From contig JAEZDL010000078.1 in NCBI GenBank assembly GCA_023418095.1, forward strand, positions 142 to 64,141: 64,000 nucleotides of DNA. Reading direction: 5' to 3'. Positions within the stretch are counted from its first letter, which is position 1. Each line of letters opens with the position of its first letter. The translations under genes were made by a program, and so were the position numbers. Below, piece after piece: positions 27,454 through 36,766 of this stretch. This DNA is from Bacteroidota bacterium (GTDB taxonomy: Bacteria; Bacteroidota; Bacteroidia; Flavobacteriales_F; PHOS-HE28). The notes under the pieces are model-generated. The model saw only the letters and a list, made by a program, of their open reading frames with translations. It was not told the origin of the DNA and searched no databases.

Positions 27454-29325
27454 TTAGAGCGGTGCGGATCGATGCAGGAACGCATCCACTCGCAGATCCT
27501 TCAAACTGAATGGATCCCCCGAGCGGTTCCAGATGTATAATTTGCTCGTCGACCCGGCCATGTTCCGTGCGATCTGGAAGCTTGCCGAAAACGCGCCATC
27601 ACGAAGTTCCACCGTCCGGTAATCGATCGATTCATCGCCGCGGCGCACCTCGAGTACGAACAGCAATGGTGGATCGGAAGCTCCCATCGCAAGGTTCCCG
27701 CTCACTTCGATCCTGCTGTATGGAACATGTTCATGATGGATGGGCATCCCACTTATCTCGAATGGGAATTCAGATCCATCGGATCGCCAGGCACCTTCAT
27801 CTGTTCGGATCAGATCCGACCGAAGTATCCCATTCGTTACGCTGTCCTTCCGTTGATCCAGGACCTCGACCGATCCACTCCACCGGTCCGCATCGCGCCG
27901 CTCGAAGATGAACACTTCGAACTGGCGGCCCCCGAGCACCACCATCGGTGTTCCAGGCTGATGCTGCTCGATGAATGTGAGCGCCGGATGCTCCAGCAGC
28001 CATTGAAGTTGCGTGTTCCCTTCATTGGGCGAGAAATGTGCATCCCAGATCACCAGATCACCTTCCACCAGACCAAGATCCTTCTCGCGGCCTTTCAGCA
28101 TAGCTCTTGATCGTTCGGAATAAGGATCGATGTCCGCATAAAAGGCGATCAACGGACTGTTGAAAGACACCCGTGCATCTGGCCTTTTGATCTCCTTGAT
28201 GCGTTCGCCCACCTCTGCAAGGAAAAGTTCCTGTTCATCCGGCGGAACGGGCAACGGCCTGTGATCAAGGAATACGACAGCTGCGGTGTACGCATGTCCG
28301 GTTCCGAGAATGACCGCTATCGCAATACGAACATACCTGGATGAAAAAACCGATCCACCGATCCACACGATCACCCAACAGGTGAACAGGACTAGCATTG
28401 GTGCTGTGGTGGCCAGCACACGGAAGAGTCCCAGCGAACCCTTCAGACCTTCTGCCCACAGGTAGGAGTGTAGAATGAAAATACTTAAGGAGGGAAGCAC
28501 CGCAAGAAGGAAAAGAAGCCTCACCAACCTACCCTGCTCATCCTGCCGTTTCAAAATGAAGAATGAACCAACAAGTGCTGGAATGGACCAATGGACGATC
28601 GTGCCGAAGATCGCATCGGTATGCACCAGGAAATGATCCCATGGCCCATTACCGTAAATGTCCTTCGCACCAGTGTACGGATCACCGTTGAACATCCACA
28701 GAGGATCCCCGAATACAAAAGCCGATACCACGGAATAGATGACCGGACCGGTAAGCAGGTATGCGAGCGACCACCATTGCCTGCGTGATGCGATCCAAAT
28801 GACAAGGAAGGGAATGAAAGCAACATACTCAGGCCGCGAGAAAGGCATGAACGATGCGATGATCGCGGCCTGGCGCGCATTGCCGTTCCATGCTGAACGG
28901 ATCACAAGGATCGAAAGCAGGCCGAACAGTATCTCTGTCATTCCTGCTATCACCATTGTTCCGTAAACAGGGACCAGCAACAGGGCGGCCGGAAAGATCC
29001 AACGTGCGGCTGTACCGGCCCGTTTCAAAATACCATCCGCAGCCCAGGCGGTCGCCACGAAACACACGGCATTGAACACGGTCATTCCCCAGTGGCCCAA
29101 CTGGGCGAAAGGAGAAGCCAGCAGTGTGAACAATGGTTTTCCCCACAGATCGGCGAAGAGCGTGGGATGCTGCCAGGAGAATCTGGCGATCTGGTAATGC
29201 GCGATGGTATCGCCACCCTCCAGCAGACCGACCGAAAGCAGGCGGATGATGATCGGTACAGAAGCGAGGGCCACCCACCACCATGCGGGCGAGATGGATC
29301 CTGTGCGATCGGCTGCTTCTGTCAT
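27454..29325 (-). CDS. GT-C-like polytopic membrane protein 1 (ad hoc GTC1) with soluble C-terminal beta-rich domain
   Basis: 623 aa with about 11 hydrophobic helices in the first ~360 aa. The acidic/aromatic motif LLEGGDTIAHYQIARFSW follows helix 1. About 260 aa are soluble and end in KLYIWNRSGDPFSLKDLRVDAF. There is an ATGA overlap with the upstream gene (29322..29325). The function is inferred. Confidence 0.6.
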   Translation of the reverse strand: MTEAADRTGSISPAWWWVALASVPIIIRLLSVGLLEGGDTIAHYQIARFSWQHPTLFADLWGKPLFTLLASPFAQLGHWGMTVFNAVCFVATAWAADGILKRAGTAARWIFPAALLLVPVYGTMVIAGMTEILFGLLSILVIRSAWNGNARQAAIIASFMPFSRPEYVAFIPFLVIWIASRRQWWSLAYLLTGPVIYSVVSAFVFGDPLWMFNGDPYTGAKDIYGNGPWDHFLVHTDAIFGTIVHWSIPALVGSFFILKRQDEQGRLVRLLFLLAVLPSLSIFILHSYLWAEGLKGSLGLFRVLATTAPMLVLFTCWVIVWIGGSVFSSRYVRIAIAVILGTGHAYTAAVVFLDHRPLPVPPDEQELFLAEVGERIKEIKRPDARVSFNSPLIAFYADIDPYSERSRAMLKGREKDLGLVEGDLVIWDAHFSPNEGNTQLQWLLEHPALTFIEQHQPGTPMVVLGGRQFEVFIFERRDADRWSGSVEVLDQRKDSVTNGILRSDLIRTDEGAWRSDGSEFPFEISGMPIHHEHVPYSRIEVSGNLAMGASDPPLLFVLEVRRGDESIDYRTVELRDGAFSASFQIARNMAGSTSKLYIWNRSGDPFSLKDLRVDAFLHRSAPL

Positions 29326-30683
29326 CGTGCGATCCCTTTTTTCGCAGCTTCGTAATCGGGATAGTTCAAAAAGGGCTCGGAACCAGTTAATGGCTCCATG
29401 GAGCCGAATGTTCCGATGTATGCTTTGAACGTCATTGCATCATGGTGGATGGCGCCCACTTCGTACTGATACGTCTGAAAAACATTCAACCATATCAGGA
29501 ATGCCATGATCGGAAAAGCGACGATCATCAGAACAGGTTTAAGCATGATCCGTCCAATGAATGCAGCAAGCGGAATGCTCATCAAAGAATAGAAATCCAC
29601 CATGCTTCTCTGGCCAAAAGAGCCACCATACCACCAGCACCACCACGAGAAAGTGATATATATCAACAGGACAAGGAATGTCACAATGGCGATCCGCAAG
29701 TGTTCAAGGTTCTTTCTCAGGAAAACAAGACCTATCGTGGCCAAAGCCATTATCGGCGTATAGATGAACCAACCCTTACGAAAACCGAAGAGACCTTCCG
29801 TGATCTTGGGCCGATCAAAATAGAACCGCTCGCCCATATATGAATTGAACAAATATGAACCGGTGATGTAGTTCCAATAGTACAATTGAGGCAGCCAGAT
29901 CAACAGAGCCAGCAAAGCCATTGTAAGGATTTCCGGCCATCTGGACCAGTACATTTCAACCCTCCTCCATATCATGGCAGGGCTTGAGATCCCATATAGA
30001 GCAAAGAACACGATGATCAGGGCATTCGTTGGCCTGATCAGCGAGATCAGGCCGATCAACAATCCAATGGAAATAGTATCGGACCACGATCTCCTTTCGT
30101 ACCAATGGATCGTCTTATGAATGAAAAGGGTGATCAGGAAGAACGAAAAGACATGAGACATACTCCCGGAGTGCGAAGAGTAGAAAAAGAGGTTCGTTCC
30201 GGTACCGAGCAACAAGATCGTTAGAGCTATCGTAATGTCATTGAAACCAAGCCTCTCAAGAATTTTCCTGATCACCAAAAGGCCTATTGTCAAATAGAAC
30301 AAGGCAGCGATCAACAAACCTATCTTGTAAGGAGGCGACCAACCATTTGCCTCGTGATCCGAAATGGTGGCATAAGCATGGCTAAGGAAGAAAAAGGGTG
30401 CATATAACCAGGCAACACCCATTGTGGTCTTTATGATCTTCTCTCCATTTTCCAACTCGCCCGGCCAGAATAAATAATAACCCTGGCCATCGCTATAGTC
30501 ACTATCATCCAGTTCTATGTCCTTGTAAATGAAGATTGCCGGGAGATAAGCATAATATGAATGAACGTCCCATTCGATCACCCGATCCGTTTCTTGCCAA
30601 AGTTTCAGGTCGATGTCCACATATGCACATGCGGCGATCACCAACATTATGGCAACAGAGGACCATTTTCCAAGCGATCTCAT
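29322..30683 (-). CDS. GT-C-like polytopic membrane glycosyltransferase candidate 2 (GTC2; PMT/GT39-like)
   Basis: Start taken at MRSLGKWSS, which gives an ATGA overlap with the GT2 stop (30680..30683). The first-loop motif is IEWDVHSYYAYLPAIFIYKD. About 11 helices. It is a paralogue of the N-terminal part of 33481..35262. Confidence 0.65.
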   Translation of the reverse strand: MRSLGKWSSVAIMLVIAACAYVDIDLKLWQETDRVIEWDVHSYYAYLPAIFIYKDIELDDSDYSDGQGYYLFWPGELENGEKIIKTTMGVAWLYAPFFFLSHAYATISDHEANGWSPPYKIGLLIAALFYLTIGLLVIRKILERLGFNDITIALTILLLGTGTNLFFYSSHSGSMSHVFSFFLITLFIHKTIHWYERRSWSDTISIGLLIGLISLIRPTNALIIVFFALYGISSPAMIWRRVEMYWSRWPEILTMALLALLIWLPQLYYWNYITGSYLFNSYMGERFYFDRPKITEGLFGFRKGWFIYTPIMALATIGLVFLRKNLEHLRIAIVTFLVLLIYITFSWWCWWYGGSFGQRSMVDFYSLMSIPLAAFIGRIMLKPVLMIVAFPIMAFLIWLNVFQTYQYEVGAIHHDAMTFKAYIGTFGSMEPLTGSEPFLNYPDYEAAKKGIAR

Positions 30684-31417
30684 TTTGAACGGAGCAGACC
30701 ATACTTGATGATCGTCCAAAAGATCCGCAAACCATCGCTGTTCCTCAACTTCTTCCCTTCACCCATATTCCGTGGGTGATAATGGACCGGAACCTCCGCG
30801 ATCCAGTTCCGGCGGATCCGTCCGCATTTTATGATCAACTCCGCTTCGAACCCGAAACGATCTTCACGAAGATCCAATTTGTTGAACAGTTCCTTTGTGA
30901 GGAGCTTATACCCACATGCCATGTCCGTGAGATGCACATCGATCAGGATCGAGGTGATCATTGTGAAGATCCTATTGGCGAGGTATCGCCGGTAAGCCGC
31001 TTGCGTCCTGAGAACGCCAGGTAAGTATCTGGAGCCGTTGATGAATGGAACTTGCAATGTTCGCATCGCATCAAGCATGGAAGGAATGTCCTTCGGATCC
31101 AATTCCCTATCCGCATCCTGTATGAGAAGATGATCTCCCGTCGCCAATGCCGCGGCTGTTCGAACTGCTGCTCCTTTCCCTTGATTACGCTCGTGGCGGT
31201 GAACGGAAACGCGTGGCTGGGACGAAGCGTATTCCTTCGCTATTTCATACGACCGATCCGTGGATCTATCGTCCACTACGATCACTTCCACACTTTCAAG
31301 GAACGCCGGATATTGGACCTGCAGAAGCGCATTCAGCACGGGTACGATCAGCTCCTCCTCATTAAAGAGCGGCACTAGAATGCTCAGTCTCATCAGCTCG
31401 TCAGCAGTTCTGCGCAT
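30680..31417 (-). CDS. GT2 polyprenyl-phosphate sugar synthase-like glycosyltransferase (Dpm1/GtrB/ArnC type), copy a
   Basis: About 245 aa, soluble. Motifs are LSILVPLFNEEE, VVDDRSTDRS, NQGKGAAVR, LIQDADRELDP (DxD) and TDMACGYKLL...RFGFEAE. The start is ATG 31417 (the ORF opens at TTG 31420). Confidence 0.8.
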   Translation of the reverse strand: MRRTADELMRLSILVPLFNEEELIVPVLNALLQVQYPAFLESVEVIVVDDRSTDRSYEIAKEYASSQPRVSVHRHERNQGKGAAVRTAAALATGDHLLIQDADRELDPKDIPSMLDAMRTLQVPFINGSRYLPGVLRTQAAYRRYLANRIFTMITSILIDVHLTDMACGYKLLTKELFNKLDLREDRFGFEAELIIKCGRIRRNWIAEVPVHYHPRNMGEGKKLRNSDGLRIFWTIIKYGLLRSK

Positions 31418-31459
31418 CAAAGAAAGGAAAGCGGCTTAACACTATACTTGCTGCGCACC

Positions 31460-33484
31460 ATGAACAGTTGGCCTGAGATGTCGAAGCTTGCGAAATGGTC
31501 GCTTGTCCTCTTTCTGTTCGTGGTGGGTATGTGGTCCTTCACTATTCCAATGTTCGGACCTGACTATTCATCGATCCCGGGGACCATTGGCAAGGCCCGC
31601 ACTGCTAATTATGCTTTGGAACATTTCCATTCCTTCTGCATTGGAAAAACCGATGACTACTGGAATGCGCCATTCATGCATCCTGCCGCGAACGCGATCG
31701 CCTATTCCGATGGTCTATTGGGCACCGCGCCGATCTACTCGGCCTTGCGATCATTCGGATCCAACCGGGAAACGTCCTTTCAAGCCTGGATCGCGATCCT
31801 GTTCGCGCTCAATTTTTGGGCGTGCTTTTTTTCTTTGAAACAGTGGAGTGGCCGGGTGATGATTGCGGGTTGCGGAGCATTCATCTTCGCATTTGGGATC
31901 TTTCAACTCGGGCAGCTGGACCATTGGGGAATGCTCCCGCGGTTCATGGTTCCGATCGCATTCATGTGCGCTTGGAAATACCTGGAGGAGCGCCGGACGA
32001 AATTCATGTTCATGACCGTTCTTGTGGTCGCATACCAATTCTACTGCAGCATTCATATCGGCATCTTCTTATTGTTCTCCATCGTTCTCCTTTCCATTGG
32101 ATCCCTGTTCTTCCACCGGCTTGGCATTTCGACGCGCGCTCCGCGATCGAAGACCATGGTACGAGATGCCGCACTTGCAACTGTTGCGTTGGCCGCTCTA
32201 CTGGCACCCTTGGCCCTGCCATACATTGAAATTCATGGATCATTGCGGGGATCACAATACAACGATGCCCAAGGCCCATCACTGGGAATAGCTTCATACT
32301 GGAACAGTCATCCTGCGGCAAGTTCGTGGCAGGATCTATCCATCCAACAGGAGTCCACCAACGCTGAACAGCTGAACCATTCTCTATATCCAGGGATCTT
32401 GCCATGGCTCGCTGTAATTGCCGGCCTGGCTGTTGCCCTCGGAGGAAAATATCCAGTCATGATCCGGAAGCGGATCGGAATACTTTTAATCGGCTGGACA
32501 CTGAACATGCTCTTTTCCATCGATATCGGTGGATCGACCTTTTATCAATTCGTTCTTCGTCACACACGCTTCTCAATGATCGACCCGACCTTGGGTTCTG
32601 TGACCATGCAGGTGATGTTCACCATGTTCATCCTCGTTCCACTTGCGTCACTTCTGTCGGTCAAACGATGGACTTCGATCGCGATCGCTTTCGCGCTGCC
32701 CGCATTGGTGATCCTGGATAATAAGATCGATGTGCGACGGATCGGAACGTTCAATAAATGGGCTTCACGCGATCAGGTCGGCGAGGTGACCCGGCACTTG
32801 ACAGGCGAACTTTCCGATCAGCGATCGGCCGTGGCATACATGCCAGTACTTCCGATCATGGAACCCGGATCCTTATACGATCACGTCATCGAAATACATA
32901 CATCGGCAATGCTCGCTGCGCAGGAAATAGGCGTGCCGATCGTGAACGCATACTCACGCAAATTCCCAAAACGATACCAGCCTTTCTTTGAGCGCTTGGA
33001 CAAGGTTTCACTGGACTATTGGCTCGCATCCCAAGGGAAACCTAACGTCCATGTCCGGGCGATCGATGGTCTGTTCATTCCGATCGAGCGCACGGACACG
33101 GTAACACTACAAGCCGCCGACGGCAATTTCATTAGCACCAACACCCCTGGTACCTGGTTGCTTGTAGCCGATCGGCCTACGCCGCTCCTATGGGGAACCT
33201 ATCGATCGATCTCTACTTCGGACGGTAGGATCGCGCTCCTTGCGCATAACGGGAACTTCGTGTGCGCCGAGCTTCTACAACACCAACAAGTGAGTGCCAC
33301 TGCGCCGGATCTGGGCGATTTCGGCCTGTTCAAAAAAGTGGATCTGGGCGATGGATGGATCGCGTTGCAAGCACATAACGATCGCTTCCTTTCAGTGAAT
33401 GATGAAGGTCTGATACATGCTTCTTCGGATTCGATCGGCGTAAAGGAACGCTTCAAATTCACGGTGATCAATTCACAGCGATGA
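31460..33484 (+). CDS. polytopic membrane protein (GTC3, possible GT-C/YfhO-like) with C-terminal beta-trefoil (fascin-like) domain
   Basis: Start at ATG 31460 (the ORF opens at TTG 31448). There are many helices in the first ~420 aa, and a loop-1 region ANYALEHFHSFCIGKTDDYWNAPFMHP...AYSDGLLG. A soluble region ends in three ~40-aa repeats (33095..33481). Confidence 0.55.
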   Translation: MNSWPEMSKLAKWSLVLFLFVVGMWSFTIPMFGPDYSSIPGTIGKARTANYALEHFHSFCIGKTDDYWNAPFMHPAANAIAYSDGLLGTAPIYSALRSFGSNRETSFQAWIAILFALNFWACFFSLKQWSGRVMIAGCGAFIFAFGIFQLGQLDHWGMLPRFMVPIAFMCAWKYLEERRTKFMFMTVLVVAYQFYCSIHIGIFLLFSIVLLSIGSLFFHRLGISTRAPRSKTMVRDAALATVALAALLAPLALPYIEIHGSLRGSQYNDAQGPSLGIASYWNSHPAASSWQDLSIQQESTNAEQLNHSLYPGILPWLAVIAGLAVALGGKYPVMIRKRIGILLIGWTLNMLFSIDIGGSTFYQFVLRHTRFSMIDPTLGSVTMQVMFTMFILVPLASLLSVKRWTSIAIAFALPALVILDNKIDVRRIGTFNKWASRDQVGEVTRHLTGELSDQRSAVAYMPVLPIMEPGSLYDHVIEIHTSAMLAAQEIGVPIVNAYSRKFPKRYQPFFERLDKVSLDYWLASQGKPNVHVRAIDGLFIPIERTDTVTLQAADGNFISTNTPGTWLLVADRPTPLLWGTYRSISTSDGRIALLAHNGNFVCAELLQHQQVSATAPDLGDFGLFKKVDLGDGWIALQAHNDRFLSVNDEGLIHASSDSIGVKERFKFTVINSQR

Positions 33485-35262
33485 ATACCAGATCGCTTGT
33501 AGCGCTTGCGCTATCATTCATGGCAATTGTCGTCGTGCGCTGGTCCACACTGGATCCACGGAAAGAACTCTCCTGGGATGTCTTCGGCTATTACCTGTAC
33601 GCACCATCGGTATTCATCCATGGTGATCTTAAGTTGGATGATATATCGTGGATCCACGACGCACAACAGACATACGGCACCACGGAGACATTGTACCAGA
33701 TCACCGATGCGCCCGATGGATCGCGCATGTTCTTCTTTTTGATGGGGATGTCGATCCTTTATTCGCCTTTCTTTTTGATCGGGCATCTGTGGGCTTTTGC
33801 TTCGGGAGCACCGATGGACGGGTTCAGCGAACCTTATCAATGGGCGCTTGGGCTAGGTGGCACCTTATACTCCTTGATCGGGTTGTACTTCCTGCGCCGG
33901 ATCCTTCTTCGCTATTTCAGTGATGTGGTGACGGCCGCGGTGATCATCGTGATCGTTCTGGGGACGAATTATTTCCAATTCAGTACGATCAAGAATCTTG
34001 AGACAGCCAATTTCCTATTTACCGGCGTCGCTTGGATGACGTGGTCCACCATCCGCTGGCATGAGACGTTCCGCCGCGTAGATCTGATCCAGATCGCAAT
34101 TGCGATCGGCCTGATCACACTCGTGAAACCAAGCGAGATCATTTGTGGCCTTGTGCCTTTGTTATGGGGTATCCATGATCGAACGACATTAACCGCCAAG
34201 GTCAACATTATGCGTGTACATCGGCGTGATCTGATGATCGCGATACTCATCGGGCTTTTCGTTCTTTCACCGCAACTGATCTACTGGAAATGGCGCACCG
34301 GTCAGTTCATCTATGATAGTTACCGGAATCCTGGAGTGGGTCTGGACCTGTTCACGCCTCACATTTGGGAAACCTTGTTCAGTTTCAGGAAAGGCTGGCT
34401 GATCTATACGCCGATCATGCTCCTCGCATTGATCGGTATACCAAGGCTTCGAAAGACCCTGCCACACGCGTTCCTGCCAGTCTTGATCCATTCGATCGTC
34501 GCGTTCTGGATCATTTCGAGCTGGTCCGAATGGTGGTATGGTGCAAGTTTCAGCATAAGGCCGATGATAACGCTCTACCCTTTGCTCGCGATCCCGCTCG
34601 GTATTACGCTCCAAGCCTTCGCGCAAAAAGGTGGGTCAATGAAGATCGCATTGGCCACAACGATCGTTCTGCTGATCGGGTTGAACCTGTTCCAGATGTG
34701 GCAATTGAACAATTGGGTGATCCATCCTTATCGTACTACGACCGCATATTATTGGAAGGTCTTTGGCCGGACCACTGTTCCACATGGCGCTCACGAACTC
34801 TTGTCGGTGGAAAGGCGTTTTGATGGAAAGGAAGTATTCGTGGATACAACAGGCTACAGAACGATCGAACTCATCACCGATCGTTCATCCGCTAGCGCTG
34901 AATTGGATACGCTTACCAAAAATGATCCATTCCTCCCGATCATTGAAGTTCCATATTCGGATATCACTTCTGCAGATCACTTTTGGGCAAGACCGAGTGC
35001 TGAAGTGCTCGTTCCTGATGAAGGTGCGCAGAAGGCGGCTGTGTTGGTAGTTCGGATGGAGCGCAAGGAAGGAGGCTACGGAGAGCGGACCTTTCAAGTT
35101 CCTGATCATACCTCGCCCGGAGAATGGGTCACGATCAAAGGCGATTTCATGACGCCCGAGATCCGATCAAGAAGTGATCGTTTCAAGGTGTATCTCTGGA
35201 TCAGAGACGGGGATACGGCGTTTGTCCGGGCGCCGCGGGTGACGGCATTCCTGCCCGATTAA
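33481..35262 (+). CDS. GT-C-like polytopic membrane glycosyltransferase candidate 4 (GTC4; PMT/GT39-like) with C-terminal beta-rich domain
   Basis: ATGA overlap with the upstream stop. The first-loop motif is LSWDVFGYYLYAPSVFIHGD. About 11 helices occupy the first ~420 aa. The soluble tail ends in RFKVYLWIRDGDTAFVRAPRVTAF. Confidence 0.65.
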   Translation: MNTRSLVALALSFMAIVVVRWSTLDPRKELSWDVFGYYLYAPSVFIHGDLKLDDISWIHDAQQTYGTTETLYQITDAPDGSRMFFFLMGMSILYSPFFLIGHLWAFASGAPMDGFSEPYQWALGLGGTLYSLIGLYFLRRILLRYFSDVVTAAVIIVIVLGTNYFQFSTIKNLETANFLFTGVAWMTWSTIRWHETFRRVDLIQIAIAIGLITLVKPSEIICGLVPLLWGIHDRTTLTAKVNIMRVHRRDLMIAILIGLFVLSPQLIYWKWRTGQFIYDSYRNPGVGLDLFTPHIWETLFSFRKGWLIYTPIMLLALIGIPRLRKTLPHAFLPVLIHSIVAFWIISSWSEWWYGASFSIRPMITLYPLLAIPLGITLQAFAQKGGSMKIALATTIVLLIGLNLFQMWQLNNWVIHPYRTTTAYYWKVFGRTTVPHGAHELLSVERRFDGKEVFVDTTGYRTIELITDRSSASAELDTLTKNDPFLPIIEVPYSDITSADHFWARPSAEVLVPDEGAQKAAVLVVRMERKEGGYGERTFQVPDHTSPGEWVTIKGDFMTPEIRSRSDRFKVYLWIRDGDTAFVRAPRVTAFLPD

Positions 35263-35272
35263 GACCTTGGAT

Positions 35273-36766
35273 CTATTCCCGTAACAAGAACCGATCATCC
35301 ATCTTGGACAGACGCAGATCGCCTAAACGATAAGTGGGAACACCATCCTCTTCGGTCAAGAAACCTGATGGCAGGATCTCACCACGGGTCACTTCATGAC
35401 CGATCGCCGATGCGATCCAATGGAAAAAATACATGTCACCGAATAATTGAAAAGATCCATCTGCATGAGAGATGGTATGGTATGAGTGCGAATAATCCTC
35501 ATTCCAAGCCAACACCACCCCGCCTTCGATCGGGTCGCCATTATCATCGATCAGGCGGCCTCTGATCCGAGCATCATCATGATCCGAGTAATTATAATAG
35601 TTCGGTAACATTTCACAGCCGGCCCCGATCTCCTGCTGATCGAATTTCCGGAACGCTTCTACTGTCGCCTTTCCCTTTCCATCGATCGCCAGAAGACCCA
35701 TGTAATCCGAATGGAATCTGCCCCAACGTACATCCTTATACTGCCACCAGGAATATCCGATCCCACCACACGCTTTTGTCTTCGCCAATGTTCGTTCCGC
35801 GAATGATCGTTGCTCATCAAAACTCACCGAATCGCCATCTGCAGGTAACGAGGTTTCACCAATGATCCAGGGCGTGCGAACGTGCTTTCCATACCACGTG
35901 ATCTCATTCACCACTTGACCAGGCTCGTATTCATAGGGATGGAAGGAAATGAAATCAACATCGAGTATATCTGGATCCCACGCGAATACCTCGCGTACTC
36001 CGACAAGGCCGATCGTAACCATGTGGTGTGGTGCGTGTTCCCGCACCAATTCACGCCATCGCTTCATGGTGCTGTATACTTCTTTCTTCGCCCGGTGATG
36101 TGGCCTATCGAAGTACAGTGGCTCGTTGAAAAGATCGTAGGCTAAGATCCCCGGATGATGCTTCAATCGGGAAAGGATCTGAACGGCATGCTCTTCGAAC
36201 ACCCGATCGTCCGGTCTCATCCGTAACAACAAAATCACACGGAGGCCTTCCTCATGCGCAACATCGATCAGGTCGTCCAACGCCTCGAAATACCGCGCCT
36301 GCCAATGTCCTTCGAAGGTCAATAGTGTGTCCGTGCCCAATCCGTACCGGCTCGGTAGTTGAATTTTCCCATTATCAGGGTCGATCACCAGATCCGGAGA
36401 GAGGCCGAAGCGAACAGCGTTGAAACCCATTCGGCGCATTTCACCGAATTCATGCGATAATAGATCACGCGAATCCTTGCGGGAATTCGAATGATAATTC
36501 CCGCCACCCAAATAGTCCATGCCAGATGTGGCCCAGCAACTATCCCCGTTCCATTGAAGATCGACGAGATAATTGATCACAAGAGGAAAGAATTGTTCGT
36601 TATTGAGAACGAATCCGTCATTCTCGATCCCAACGAACTGCGCAGGCCTCTTCCTTGCACAGGAAGGCAGGAGTAAGATCAGTAGGATCCAGGCAAGTGA
36701 AGCGGCAGCTCTAGAGTTTCCGAAAGCAAACGCCGATCGCGGATCCACAAATGCATCATTTTTCAT
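35273..36766 (-). CDS. glycoside hydrolase family 5-like lipoprotein with C-terminal CarboxypepD_reg-like domain
   Basis: Signal peptide with lipobox ILLLPSC. GH5 acid/base context AYDLFNEPLYF and nucleophile context PWIIGETSLPADG. The C-terminal IRGRLIDDNGDPIEGGVVLAW...ADGSFQL resembles a carboxypeptidase-regulatory fold. Confidence 0.75.
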   Translation of the reverse strand: MKNDAFVDPRSAFAFGNSRAAASLAWILLILLLPSCARKRPAQFVGIENDGFVLNNEQFFPLVINYLVDLQWNGDSCWATSGMDYLGGGNYHSNSRKDSRDLLSHEFGEMRRMGFNAVRFGLSPDLVIDPDNGKIQLPSRYGLGTDTLLTFEGHWQARYFEALDDLIDVAHEEGLRVILLLRMRPDDRVFEEHAVQILSRLKHHPGILAYDLFNEPLYFDRPHHRAKKEVYSTMKRWRELVREHAPHHMVTIGLVGVREVFAWDPDILDVDFISFHPYEYEPGQVVNEITWYGKHVRTPWIIGETSLPADGDSVSFDEQRSFAERTLAKTKACGGIGYSWWQYKDVRWGRFHSDYMGLLAIDGKGKATVEAFRKFDQQEIGAGCEMLPNYYNYSDHDDARIRGRLIDDNGDPIEGGVVLAWNEDYSHSYHTISHADGSFQLFGDMYFFHWIASAIGHEVTRGEILPSGFLTEEDGVPTYRLGDLRLSKMDDRFLLRE

